A DNA stretch of 64,000 nucleotides, taken from IMG/VR virus record IMGVR_UViG_3300035327_000120. The stretch is one strand, 5' to 3'. Source of the DNA: an uncultured virus (IMG/VR IMGVR_UViG_3300035327_000120) (taxonomy: Duplodnaviria; Heunggongvirae; Uroviricota; Caudoviricetes). The notes beneath the pieces were generated by a model that saw nothing but the letters and a program-made list of their open reading frames with translations, searched no databases and had not been told where the DNA came from. The translations under genes were made by a program, and so were the position numbers. This document shows, in pieces, positions 49,022 to 59,231 of the stretch. The first letter of the stretch is position 1. The number at the start of each line of letters is the position of its first letter.

Positions 49022-52000
49022 TCGAAAGTATCAAGGTTCTCTATTATATCTACACGGTTCTGTACCTCGGTAATTTCCACAGCCGACACAACAGGCCGTA
49101 TTTCGCGTGCAGCAGTCTCAAATGAGTCAGTCATCATTTCAGCGGTAGTGATGCGGTCAGAGGCCGTCGGAGAAGCCATCGGCACACCTTTGCCTATCCC
49201 GTTCATGGCGATAAGCAGAGGTTCAAACATCTTTGTGGCCTGTGCAGTCATCACAAATTCTCCGTTAGACAGATAAGCCGGGATACTGTCGCTTGTGCCA
49301 GTTCCGGGGCCTGTTACCTTACCACCCTCGGCAAACTTGGCTGATTTCACTGTGGAGATAGCCGTAGTTACGTTAGCAAGGATTGTAGCAACTGTTGTGG
49401 CGATAGCGGCAAGGTTTGCAGGGAACGGCATCGAGGACGCCGAGGCAATACCAGACGCAAGAGCCTTACCGGTGTCAATCGCTATCTGCGCAAGGGTGAT
49501 GATTTTCGACATCTTGGCGAATGCCTTGTTGTTCTCGCCGAGAGTATCAAGTAGGCCGGTCAGAGAGGACGTAACAGAGCGCATGGCTTGTGCCTTCGCT
49601 TGCTCGTCCTTAATGATGGCTTGATTGGTATTGGCCTGTGCCTGTTGGGATTTCTGTTTGGCGGCCAAAATTTCAGCCTCGTATTCCTCGGTGGTTTGGG
49701 TGGAGAGTTGACCACGGGCTTGCAGAGCCTCCAGTTCAGCTTGTGCCGCTTCCTCCTGTTTCAGGAGTAGATTGCGCTCATGCTCTTCCAGTCCGGCAAG
49801 TCCGCGTTCACGCCATTCTGCGTATGCCTCATCAGACATTTCATAGCCCTCGCGGACTTTCATTTGACGTTCATCTTCGGCCAACTGCATTGCGTCAATC
49901 TCTGCTTGGAGTGCAGCCTTTTGACGGTCGAGGTCAAGCTGATCGTATTCCTCGGCGAGTTCCACCTGCCGACGCCGGTATGACTCTTCCAAGTTCAACT
50001 TTAATTCGTTGCCCTGTTCTTGTGTCAGGAGGCCATCAGCAATACGTTTGTCGATAGCGTCAATCTCCTGCTGGTGTTCGTTAGCAAGGAGATTGTATCT
50101 CTCCTGCATTTCCTCATCAGTACCTTTCTTGATAAGTTCCAGTTTAGATTGTAGAGTTTCCTGTGCAATCTTCAACTGGCGTTCATGCTCCGACCACTCA
50201 AATTCTGCAACCCTGCGCTCGTGGGCCGTTGTCAGGGCATAGATTTGGTCGTTGAGAGCCTGACGCATTTTTACGTCATACTCGGAGCTGGATTGATACT
50301 TAGCCAACTTATCCTGCAATGCTTTCAGGCCTCGTTGGTATGAAAGATTTTCAGCCTGCAACTGCTTATCCAATCCATCTTTAATCAGAGCCAGTAGCGC
50401 GTCCTGTGCTTTCTCAACCTCCTTGTAGTATTCTTCCTCACGCTTCTTTTCTTCCTCCTGACGTTTTTTCGCAGCGTCAGCGGCAGACTTGGCCGCATCA
50501 GCGGCAGCCTTTTTGCGAGCGTCGGCGGCTTTCTTATTGGCCTCAGCCTCGGCAGTATCAACCTCGCCAATCTTGCGGGCCTGCAACTTATTGAGGTCAG
50601 CAACAAGGGCATCGTATTCTGCCTTCGTTATCTTATTGTATTTGAGCAAGGTCTTAGCCAACTCAATCTGCTGTTTGGTCTGTTCCTTAATGAGGGTGTG
50701 TTTATACTCATACTCTCCAAGAGCCTCTTTGCGCTCATATTCTCGTTGCTCTGTTTGTATTTTGGTCAGGTCGATAAGAGCGTCATCAAGAGAGGCAATA
50801 AAGGCATCGTGAGCCTTTTTCTTGCTCTCAAGGGCCTCCTTGTATTCGTCATCGTCATCATCGTATTCTTCCTTGATTTTATCAAAGTGGCGTTCCCACG
50901 CATCAGACTCGGCTTTGAGGTTTTCGATTTGTGTTCTGGCACGTTCTTCTTCAGTGGCTCCCCGGGCAGCGGCCATTTCAAGAGCCTGTTCATTGAGAGT
51001 ATGCAGACGTTCCAGTTGCTCGGCTTCCTGCTTGAGTGCTTCTTTTCTCTTCTCACTGTCGGAGAAGAAAAATGAGAATGCTTTCACGAGGCCGTAGACA
51101 GCAGCCACGGCAGCAACTACAATACCTATAAGCCATACGAGAGGGTTGGCGTATAATGCCGCGTTCCATAAGGTTGTGGCCACGGTTGCTCCGCCGGTGG
51201 CGGCAGTTACGGCAGTCATGGCTGTTAACTTAGCGGCAAGAGCAGTATTCAGTATCCACGTTTTGGCGGCTGTGGCTACTGTCATCAGCGCAGACTCTTT
51301 TTGAACAGCGTTCCATACTTTGCCGGCTGTGGCAAGTGCCGTGATGCCTGTCATGCAAATTGTAATGGTTCTATTCAGATCTTCATTCTTAATACCGAGT
51401 CCTTCAAGAGCCGTATGCCATGTGGCAAACACGGCAACGAGGCTCATAACGCCATTGTTCATCTTATCAACACTGGCAGTGTTCTCATCAGAGGCGGAGG
51501 CCAGACTATCGCGTAGTGACTCTGCCTGCGACTGCATTTCCTCAAATGCAGGGGTGGTATCAAGGCCAGCGGCTTTCATTTCTCCCAACTTTGCAACGAT
51601 AATATCCAGTTGCTCTTTCATGGGCGCCATAGCCTGTGGATAATTACCAACATTACGATAGTAACGCTGGGTTTCTTCCTCAGCCGTTTTCAGAGCCGTG
51701 GTAACTTCGTTGATTTTGTCTTTGAGTTCCTTACCTTTTGCACCCTCACGTTCAGCCTTACTCAAACGGTCATACTCCGCAGTCAGGTTTGAGAGTTGAG
51801 CACGCCATTGCACGAGAGAGCCGGTCTGCTCACTCTGGGCTTTCAACTGGTTCTTAACCTGTTTGGTCAGAGTGCCGATAGCAGCATTAAATTGGCCTAT
51901 CATCAGTTTAGAGGACTCCATGCTCTTGTGGTATTCCTCCTGCGAGATACGACCCTCTTTCAGAGCATCTTTGAGTTCCTTCTGCTTGGCCTTGACCTTT

Positions 52001-52095
52001 TCAACCTCAATACGGTATTGAGCTATTTTTTCAAGAGCCTCCGAGTAGTTAACCTCAATCTCTAATATCTTGGTTTGTACGTTATCCTGTGCCAT
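49018..52095 (-). CDS. Tape measure protein
   Basis: 1025 aa coiled coil with hydrophobic ANPLVW segment, RNVGNY, FAEGGKVTGPGTGTSDSIPAYLSNGEFV. Confidence 0.8.
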   Translation of the reverse strand: MAQDNVQTKILEIEVNYSEALEKIAQYRIEVEKVKAKQKELKDALKEGRISQEEYHKSMESSKLMIGQFNAAIGTLTKQVKNQLKAQSEQTGSLVQWRAQLSNLTAEYDRLSKAEREGAKGKELKDKINEVTTALKTAEEETQRYYRNVGNYPQAMAPMKEQLDIIVAKLGEMKAAGLDTTPAFEEMQSQAESLRDSLASASDENTASVDKMNNGVMSLVAVFATWHTALEGLGIKNEDLNRTITICMTGITALATAGKVWNAVQKESALMTVATAAKTWILNTALAAKLTAMTAVTAATGGATVATTLWNAALYANPLVWLIGIVVAAVAAVYGLVKAFSFFFSDSEKRKEALKQEAEQLERLHTLNEQALEMAAARGATEEERARTQIENLKAESDAWERHFDKIKEEYDDDDDEYKEALESKKKAHDAFIASLDDALIDLTKIQTEQREYERKEALGEYEYKHTLIKEQTKQQIELAKTLLKYNKITKAEYDALVADLNKLQARKIGEVDTAEAEANKKAADARKKAAADAAKSAADAAKKRQEEEKKREEEYYKEVEKAQDALLALIKDGLDKQLQAENLSYQRGLKALQDKLAKYQSSSEYDVKMRQALNDQIYALTTAHERRVAEFEWSEHERQLKIAQETLQSKLELIKKGTDEEMQERYNLLANEHQQEIDAIDKRIADGLLTQEQGNELKLNLEESYRRRQVELAEEYDQLDLDRQKAALQAEIDAMQLAEDERQMKVREGYEMSDEAYAEWRERGLAGLEEHERNLLLKQEEAAQAELEALQARGQLSTQTTEEYEAEILAAKQKSQQAQANTNQAIIKDEQAKAQAMRSVTSSLTGLLDTLGENNKAFAKMSKIITLAQIAIDTGKALASGIASASSMPFPANLAAIATTVATILANVTTAISTVKSAKFAEGGKVTGPGTGTSDSIPAYLSNGEFVMTAQATKMFEPLLIAMNGIGKGVPMASPTASDRITTAEMMTDSFETAAREIRPVVSAVEITEVQNRVDIIENLDTFD

Positions 52096-52100
52096 AATAA

Positions 52101-54203
52101 TTATTCTTCTTCAGGGAGTTTCAGGAGTTCACACTTACTTATGCCCTTGCTGTCGCGCGTGATCGACACAACAGCGAAAAATGCTCCGTACTTGGATAAG
52201 TACACAGGCATATTGTAATCAAGGTTGCGTAGGTCATGCTCATTCAGTCGCAGGTTCTCCGTGATAATAATTGGGTTCTCCATTATGCGTGAGAGATACG
52301 AATACGAAGGGTCAGAATTGATATTGACAAAATCGTTCCATATCTCCATGCTCATCCACTGCACACCAGTAGGGGTGCCACTGGACGTTTGCACAAGAGG
52401 CTTAATCGTTCCAAAGCAAGGTTTGGCCTCCTTTGTCTTGACCTCATCGTTTTCGTGATACCAGAACTTCATCGTATTTCCAGTAGCAAGGAACGGCGAT
52501 TTTTTATTCTTAATATATGGAGCATAGAACGGCAACTGTATGATAGTCTTGTTTCTGTCTATCACTTCATTGCCGACATATATAATGCCTTTGCCGGGGG
52601 CATAGACATCAGTTTCATCTTCGCCTCCCTCGCCATCGGCATTGTCATTCTTCATCATGTAGAAATTCCGTTGACCGAAGCCACTAACACTATACGTCAT
52701 CTTGGCAGGGAGCGCAGAATATTCGGTAGTCATTTTTTGACTCCAGTCCACCGCATTGCCTGCAATGATGTTATCCCGGAGGGCCGTATAGTAAACCGGT
52801 ATTATCTCCCCGGCAGAATTGATAGAGGGAAAGGCACCGAGCATGAAGAACAATGCCTTCATAAGCGTCATACAGCTTATATCCGGCAAGTTGCTCATCA
52901 AGTCCATTTGTATGGCTCCAGCACTCGCCTCCGGCTTATTCCATTGGATATTGTTCGGGTCAACTTTTTCATAGAAGCGAATTAACTTGTATATTGTTGA
53001 ACTTGACATCTGGAGAGCGTTAGCCTCTGCTTCTATGGCACAGAATACGGTAGCGTTAGGTGGTACATTGATAGAGAGCCTATCGCGGCCTCGCTCCTTG
53101 GAAAAATCGAAAATCCAGCACCAGTTATTATCCCACGAGAAGCGCCCCTCAATAGAGGTTATAGAGGCAGCACTCGTTCCATTGGTCGTATAGTAGAACG
53201 TGAGCTTTGGCGTTATTCCGGTGGTGTCAGGAGCGCCCATATCTACACGTCCCTGTCCTTTGTATTGATTAGGTTCATGGGTGAACTTAGCATAAATACA
53301 GCCGTCCACCTCGAATGATAATGCGGCATCACTCGTAACCTTTATGCCGATAGTAAATCCGTTTCCGTCTTTTACGAGAGAAAATCTGCTATCAGTAGGA
53401 GCCGCATCATTCGTGGCACCGGTGAGGATATGCTCAATGCCGGCGTAGGGGCCTTTCATATAACAGCCGATATTAGTTTCAAGGACAGACTTTTCTGTTT
53501 CTCCTTCGGGCTGTTGGTCAACATTGACACACGGTATCACTCCCAAACTGATAATCTTGTGGTTCTCGGTTGTATCTCCATAGGAGTATTCAGAGCCGAG
53601 TTTGAACTTGGTACCGTATTGGGTATTGATTAACTGAATGAGTCGATAGACTGGGATAGCAGGAAGCGGAAAGACGGAGTATGTGTTATACTGGTCTTTC
53701 CACCCGCTATCCGAAATGTATGTCAGCCCGGCATTGTAAAGAGGCTGAACATAGTCAGCGGTATTGGAGTATTCATCAATTTTCGCGTTACACGGCCCGA
53801 AGATAGGTTTTGCCTCAAGCGGCAATTTCCTGATTGAAATGTCATCATCTTTGAGCGTCTGGAAGCCACTTATCACGCCCCACGTCATAACAGCATTGAA
53901 ACACGTATCCGTACTTTCGATGTAGAGATTGGCATTGGCAAAAAGAGGTATGCCGTCTTGCAGATATTCGGCACGGAGTCTGCGCCGGATCTTATTGGAG
54001 ATACAGCGCACATCATCTGCATTATCGAGGACTCGTCGATTGTTAGCAGTCAGAGGCAACTTGAACGTGTAGGTGTACGAGCAGGTAATCTTCGACAGGT
54101 CGCCGAAGATGTTGCTCTTGAAATTGAGCGTGATACCACTGGGGATTGAGAGGTCAACCCTCAATCTTTTGCCGTTGTCTATGATATAAAGTTCTTCGTA
54201 CAT
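52101..54203 (-). CDS. Tail/baseplate structural protein
   Basis: SYTYTFKLPLTANN N-terminal motif; adjacent to tape measure. Confidence 0.6.
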   Translation of the reverse strand: MYEELYIIDNGKRLRVDLSIPSGITLNFKSNIFGDLSKITCSYTYTFKLPLTANNRRVLDNADDVRCISNKIRRRLRAEYLQDGIPLFANANLYIESTDTCFNAVMTWGVISGFQTLKDDDISIRKLPLEAKPIFGPCNAKIDEYSNTADYVQPLYNAGLTYISDSGWKDQYNTYSVFPLPAIPVYRLIQLINTQYGTKFKLGSEYSYGDTTENHKIISLGVIPCVNVDQQPEGETEKSVLETNIGCYMKGPYAGIEHILTGATNDAAPTDSRFSLVKDGNGFTIGIKVTSDAALSFEVDGCIYAKFTHEPNQYKGQGRVDMGAPDTTGITPKLTFYYTTNGTSAASITSIEGRFSWDNNWCWIFDFSKERGRDRLSINVPPNATVFCAIEAEANALQMSSSTIYKLIRFYEKVDPNNIQWNKPEASAGAIQMDLMSNLPDISCMTLMKALFFMLGAFPSINSAGEIIPVYYTALRDNIIAGNAVDWSQKMTTEYSALPAKMTYSVSGFGQRNFYMMKNDNADGEGGEDETDVYAPGKGIIYVGNEVIDRNKTIIQLPFYAPYIKNKKSPFLATGNTMKFWYHENDEVKTKEAKPCFGTIKPLVQTSSGTPTGVQWMSMEIWNDFVNINSDPSYSYLSRIMENPIIITENLRLNEHDLRNLDYNMPVYLSKYGAFFAVVSITRDSKGISKCELLKLPEEE

Positions 54204-54206
54204 GGC

Positions 54207-55646
54207 TTAGAGGGATTGAGCGTTGACATCGGGTAATGCGAATGAAAACTCCAAATCGTTCAGAGTTTGCTTGGGAATATATTTGACCGTGCTTGCCTGA
54301 ATATTGACAGGAAGCCATATCTCGGTGCCGGAGTCGTCTTTGCCGAGGTATAGGTCAACAATGGGAGCAGACACCACTGTTACTACATAGTCGAATATAT
54401 CAGAGGGGAGATTGACTGCACAACACTTCATCGTAATGGTACACTCCAAACTGCGGGTTCGCATGATGTTAGCAAAGTATGTTCCGTTTATAGCCTCATC
54501 TTGCAATACCTTATCAGTAGCGAGTTTATTCTTATACTGCGTCTCTCCCTTTGTGAACAGGAAATACTGGAGATTGCCGTGCCTGTCGACCCACCGCAAA
54601 TAATAGCCGGCCGTGTCATGGCTTATTTGCAGATTGATTAAGGCCACGTTCTCGCCAGTCCTGAAGAATGTGTAGTCAAAGGTTCTATCAAACTCCGACA
54701 TGGTTCTATCCTCCTCGGAGATTTTGTATTTAATCGTGGCGGTACGTTGAGCCATCGGAAATACTTGGGAGGGCGGTATGTCCTCAAAACCGAGGTCGGT
54801 AAACATTCCGCAGTAAACGAGTTCATCATTCATAAACCGATATCGTGCAAAGCCTCGCTCGGTTTCCAGTAGATAGGTTACGTCAGTTCTCGGTTTGAGG
54901 TCGTTGGCACTGTCGCAATAATCGGCAGTAGAGCCAAAATGTTCGTCAGGGTCGCCCTCCCAGTTGGAGTAATAAGCATTATCCTTACAAACGACAAAAC
55001 GTTTCAGGACGGCATAATAGACCACTTGGAACGGCAACTGCACCGTTGTAGTGGATAAGGTCGGGAGTTGAGCAGCCAGTTTCTCAATCTTCTCAAAGAA
55101 GCAGACCTTTGTATCTCGGTATATGGGGTCTGAGCCATAGCGACCATTATCTGATCGGCCAAAGAACTCAACCTCTCTGTTGTATCGGAACAGAGATACC
55201 GTAAAGGGGAAATTCTTAAACCATATCAGATTGCGCGAGAAGCAGTCCTCACCATTATCACGGCTGAAAACTCCCATATTGCCGAAGCGTTCTCCGACAG
55301 CAATATTCCCCCATATTACGAGGGTCGTAAATGAGAACAGCGACAACGTTGCTATTTTGACGTTGACACTTATCTCGACGCATCTGGAGTTGCGAGGGTC
55401 ATCAAACATCAACTCGAACAGCCGGGACATATATATCTTAGCTTTGCCACCGTACATAGACACTTTTATGTCTTGTTTGGCAACAGAGGTCATGCCCGAT
55501 ATTTTACTCACCTCGACGGTCAGCACACCGGAAGGCCATGCTGACTCAATCTCAATAAAATTCGGATTGAATGCGAAGCACATTTCATCAGGATAATATG
55601 CCACGGAGTCCGCTACATTCAGTATCTTAAATGTCGTAGTTCTCAT
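54207..55646 (-). CDS. Putative tail structural protein
   Basis: YLRWVDRHG motif; position in tail module. Confidence 0.5.
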   Translation of the reverse strand: MRTTTFKILNVADSVAYYPDEMCFAFNPNFIEIESAWPSGVLTVEVSKISGMTSVAKQDIKVSMYGGKAKIYMSRLFELMFDDPRNSRCVEISVNVKIATLSLFSFTTLVIWGNIAVGERFGNMGVFSRDNGEDCFSRNLIWFKNFPFTVSLFRYNREVEFFGRSDNGRYGSDPIYRDTKVCFFEKIEKLAAQLPTLSTTTVQLPFQVVYYAVLKRFVVCKDNAYYSNWEGDPDEHFGSTADYCDSANDLKPRTDVTYLLETERGFARYRFMNDELVYCGMFTDLGFEDIPPSQVFPMAQRTATIKYKISEEDRTMSEFDRTFDYTFFRTGENVALINLQISHDTAGYYLRWVDRHGNLQYFLFTKGETQYKNKLATDKVLQDEAINGTYFANIMRTRSLECTITMKCCAVNLPSDIFDYVVTVVSAPIVDLYLGKDDSGTEIWLPVNIQASTVKYIPKQTLNDLEFSFALPDVNAQSL

Positions 55647-56137
55647 TCCAGTATATTGTTTATTTCGGCAAGGCTCTCCGCAGTATAAAGCATGAGTTCC
55701 TTACTCATCAGTTCTAATTCTTCATTCACAGCCGTGGTGAAAATGTCATTGAATTGCTTATCTCGGAACAGCTTTGTGCCGTCAGTCATAATCTTATGCG
55801 CAATGGCTCCGGCAAAGGAGTTCAGGCCACGTTCATGCGGAGTGTATTTCGTGTTCCTCCGCTTCGCAGGGATAGGAGCAACAGATATTCCTTTGTCTAT
55901 TATCCATTGTCGTATGATGCCGACAAAGCCTTTGGGAACTTTACCACCGGCGCGGCCTCTCTCCATTGCGAGGAATGATTTACTGCCATACAGCGTACCA
56001 ACATTACCCGACACAGACACGGTCAAAGAGTTCACTGACCGACCACTGGCATTTCTACCATAGTCGGCCATAGCCTGCGCGACCCTTTGGCGCACATTCT
56101 CTAAGTGGAGTTGGAGGGTTTCTTCAATCGTTGCCAT
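55643..56137 (-). CDS. Putative neck/tail-completion protein
   Basis: ASGRSVNSL...GR...IRQWI...AIAHKI pattern. Confidence 0.5.
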   Translation of the reverse strand: MATIEETLQLHLENVRQRVAQAMADYGRNASGRSVNSLTVSVSGNVGTLYGSKSFLAMERGRAGGKVPKGFVGIIRQWIIDKGISVAPIPAKRRNTKYTPHERGLNSFAGAIAHKIMTDGTKLFRDKQFNDIFTTAVNEELELMSKELMLYTAESLAEINNILE

Positions 56138-56157
56138 GCCGTTATCCTATGCACAAG

Positions 56158-56643
56158 TTATTGATTGCGTGTTTCGTCGGTGCAGATACTGATACCCTTT
56201 GTTTCCTCAAGAGTCAGAGTAAGCACCACGCCGGTAACATTTTGGTCGAGGTGGTCATACAGCACTTGGTATAAGACATCACCATCAATAGGCTCAAAGA
56301 GTCCACTCTCGTTGAGGGCCTTGACAAAGCGGACAGCCAGACGCTTCATAGCCTCGATTATACCGTCATTCTTGGAGCCTTCAAAATCGAAATCAGTAAC
56401 ACAGACAAAAGCAATCTGTGTGTTCGGAGCATCTTTGACCTCGTTCCACTTGAATGTCAGAGTGCCAGAGGGCGGCAGAACGTATATCACCGTGGGCTTC
56501 TCGATTTTGTCAAGTTCCACATTAGCCTGCGCCCAGTTCATAAATCGATACTCTATCTCCGGGCCGAGGGTTTCAGCGATTGAGCGTATCTTACCCTCAA
56601 CCGTGCCTAACAATTCTTTGGTGTCAAATCCAGTATTCTCCAT
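56158..56643 (-). CDS. Putative tail terminator-like protein
   Basis: Position and size only. Confidence 0.4.
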   Translation of the reverse strand: MENTGFDTKELLGTVEGKIRSIAETLGPEIEYRFMNWAQANVELDKIEKPTVIYVLPPSGTLTFKWNEVKDAPNTQIAFVCVTDFDFEGSKNDGIIEAMKRLAVRFVKALNESGLFEPIDGDVLYQVLYDHLDQNVTGVVLTLTLEETKGISICTDETRNQ

Positions 56644-57245
56644 TACTTACGTTGCTTTTGTCGATTGATATATTGTTTGTTCAGGCGCTTCTCATACTCC
56701 TGCTGCTCGTTGTCATTCTTCATGCAAGTGTAGATGCGCACCCACGCCACGCTATACACCTCGTCTTGGTTGGTAATCCCCATACGGCGGGCGTACCAGT
56801 CTATGATGCCGAAAGTGCCAAAATTCAAGTCCTCAACGCCGGCGGCTATTTCCTCCGAGGTATGAGAGGGGGCAATCTCTTGGAATAACTTGTTGATACG
56901 ATTAACCTCTTCCTTGACAAAGTTCATAAATCCGAACACGTCAAAGACATTCAGCGTATATACCTGCGGAGCCTCAATCCCCATAAGGATTTTGAACACC
57001 TCGGCAGCAGGGTCGGCGGTATTGGCTATGCGACTAAGGTCATCGAGTTGCCCGTAGGTTATCATGTTCAGATTGGCCGGAGTTTCTTTGCCACACACGA
57101 ATGCCGGGCGTTCAGCGTGAGATAAGAGTTCCAGCAATTCTTTTTGATGTTCTTCTGTGCAGCAGGGCAAAAGCACAAGAAACTCCCCGTAGGTGGTGAG
57201 CTTCATACGTTTTCTCTTGCGTGTCTTATTCTTTGCCATATTCAA
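56643..57245 (-). CDS. Hypothetical phage protein
   Basis: 200-aa ORF downstream of terminase. Confidence 0.65.
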   Translation of the reverse strand: MNMAKNKTRKRKRMKLTTYGEFLVLLPCCTEEHQKELLELLSHAERPAFVCGKETPANLNMITYGQLDDLSRIANTADPAAEVFKILMGIEAPQVYTLNVFDVFGFMNFVKEEVNRINKLFQEIAPSHTSEEIAAGVEDLNFGTFGIIDWYARRMGITNQDEVYSVAWVRIYTCMKNDNEQQEYEKRLNKQYINRQKQRK

Positions 57246-57307
57246 AGTTACTTACTTAATACATTGCAGATTGAGTATTCCGGGAGATACTTAGTGAACG
57301 AGAGGGG

Positions 57308-58768
57308 TCAGTAGTTATCCTTTCTCTCGATACTGTATGTTGTCGGTTTGGCCGTGATTGGTGCCGGGCTGTCCTTCTGGAAAAATTCTACCATGCCGGT
57401 AAGAACATCAGGAGCATCATCGTGGCCATTGCGTCCAACTTTACGATAGCCCCGGACAGCATTGGCAAACTGCGGCCACCTCAACTCCCAGCCGACGGGG
57501 AAGAATATCAGATTTTGCACCTCGGCAGATCGGGTGAAAATCCTGACTTTCTTGTTGGCTCCCTGACGGAACGAAACAAATCTCATACCTCGTCCCACCG
57601 GACCGCCCAGCATTCTGACATTGCGCTCGACATTGCGAGCAAAGCCACGGCCGCCGTTGTTGCTCTCAATCTTCGCCATTTGGGTTTTATTCCTCATCAG
57701 CATTTCAGCAGTCTTAGGCTCCGTGTACTCCATAGGTTTGTCGGTGTAGAGAACATCAGTAACATACATACCTACCTTTGTTTCGATGTAGCAGACCGAA
57801 CACAAAAAGTCAGAGCCAGTATCCGCAGTATCGGTGTAGTTCTTTCGCAGGCCCGGTTCAAGCGGTAAAGCCTCGTATGTCCGCAGGGTGTTATACATCA
57901 GACCCTCAAGAGGCTTGGGGTTCTGCATATACTGGGTGTCGAATACAAACTGATTGGCCGCCTCAATCTTGCGCAGTTCCTCAACGGTATGCTTAAACTC
58001 CCATAGGGCGCGCTCGTTGCCGTCCCCATCAAGTTCCAAGCAGGGAATACTCAAAACCTCCCATTCGTCAGGCTCCAGTCCCATAAGATAGCCGCACAGG
58101 TCGCGCTCGTGGAGCCGTTGCATGATAATGATTATCGGGGTATTTCGGGAGTTGACACGGTTACGAATAGTTGTCTCAAAATGCTGATTGACCTGCTCAC
58201 GAGCATTGTCATTCAGAGCATTATCAGGCTTAATCGGGTCGTCTATCACAATGGCGCCCCCAAAGAGGGGATTTTCTTCATCTGCACTCTCGACAGCACC
58301 AGCACCAAAACCCGTAACCTGACCGAGAGAGGACGTGGCATAGACACCGCCACCGCTGTATGTGTCCCATCGGCTTTTCGTATCAGCACTGCGTCCAATC
58401 CTTATGTTGAACAGCCGTTGATACTCTGGAGAGGTAACGATATTCTTCACAGCAACGGAGTTGTCGAGAGCGAGGTTGCCGGAGTATGAGAGGTGGATAA
58501 ACTTTGCCGCCGGATTGAGCGCAAGCCCCATAGCAATGAAATTCTTGACCGCTATCTCTGTCTTTCCATAACGAGGAGCAATGTTAATCAGCAAACGCTT
58601 TATCTTGCCTTGCAGTACGAGGTTCAGTTTGTCGCAAATAAGTCGGTGATGTTTGCCTACGACGAAGCGTTTCCCGTTATTCAGGTGTTGGAAGAAAAAC
58701 CGGGAAAAATTCAGAGAGTCGCTGAGTAGCCATCTCCGCAATACTTCATCTGGAGCATATTCCATCAA
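57308..58768 (-). CDS. terL: Terminase large subunit
   Basis: NIAPRYGKT Walker A, IVIDDPIK, IMQRLHERDL, QYMQNP, HDDAPD nuclease motif. Confidence 0.95.
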   Translation of the reverse strand: MMEYAPDEVLRRWLLSDSLNFSRFFFQHLNNGKRFVVGKHHRLICDKLNLVLQGKIKRLLINIAPRYGKTEIAVKNFIAMGLALNPAAKFIHLSYSGNLALDNSVAVKNIVTSPEYQRLFNIRIGRSADTKSRWDTYSGGGVYATSSLGQVTGFGAGAVESADEENPLFGGAIVIDDPIKPDNALNDNAREQVNQHFETTIRNRVNSRNTPIIIIMQRLHERDLCGYLMGLEPDEWEVLSIPCLELDGDGNERALWEFKHTVEELRKIEAANQFVFDTQYMQNPKPLEGLMYNTLRTYEALPLEPGLRKNYTDTADTGSDFLCSVCYIETKVGMYVTDVLYTDKPMEYTEPKTAEMLMRNKTQMAKIESNNGGRGFARNVERNVRMLGGPVGRGMRFVSFRQGANKKVRIFTRSAEVQNLIFFPVGWELRWPQFANAVRGYRKVGRNGHDDAPDVLTGMVEFFQKDSPAPITAKPTTYSIERKDNY

Positions 58769-59217
58769 TACTTGTTTTCGAGGTCTTGAATGAAGTCCTG
58801 AGCCTCCTGTTGTGTCATAGGTTTAGCAGACTGCACTGTGGCCGTGATTTCCTGACCCTCAATATATCCTCGGCTCTTGCCTTTGGTTTTGAGGTGGAAT
58901 ATTATTGCCGTGAGGTTGCCGTCATTGATAGCCTCGGTCAGCTTAGACTCCGTAAAGTCCAGCAGGGCCTCATCTACATCTTTGAGCATTTCGTCAAGTT
59001 CAGGGTGGTTGCTCCGCCAGTAGTAGAGCGTCCGTCGAGCGATATTGAGCGCAGCAGCCGTGGCCGACATATTGCCGGCCTTCTTGGAGTAAACCTCGGC
59101 GATTTTAGCGTAGGAGAAAGGCAGCTTGTGTTCCTCCCCCTGCGGTGTTCTGGTGTCTTTGGTCGAGTCCATTTTTTTATGTGCAAACTGTGAACGATTT
59201 TTTCTTATCCTATGCAC
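58765..59217 (-). CDS. terS: Terminase small subunit
   Basis: HTH (ATAAALNIARRTLYYW), AIIFHLKTKGKSRGY; overlaps terL start. Confidence 0.8.
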   Translation of the reverse strand: MHRIRKNRSQFAHKKMDSTKDTRTPQGEEHKLPFSYAKIAEVYSKKAGNMSATAAALNIARRTLYYWRSNHPELDEMLKDVDEALLDFTESKLTEAINDGNLTAIIFHLKTKGKSRGYIEGQEITATVQSAKPMTQQEAQDFIQDLENKY

Positions 59218-59231
59218 AAGTTTTTAATTCT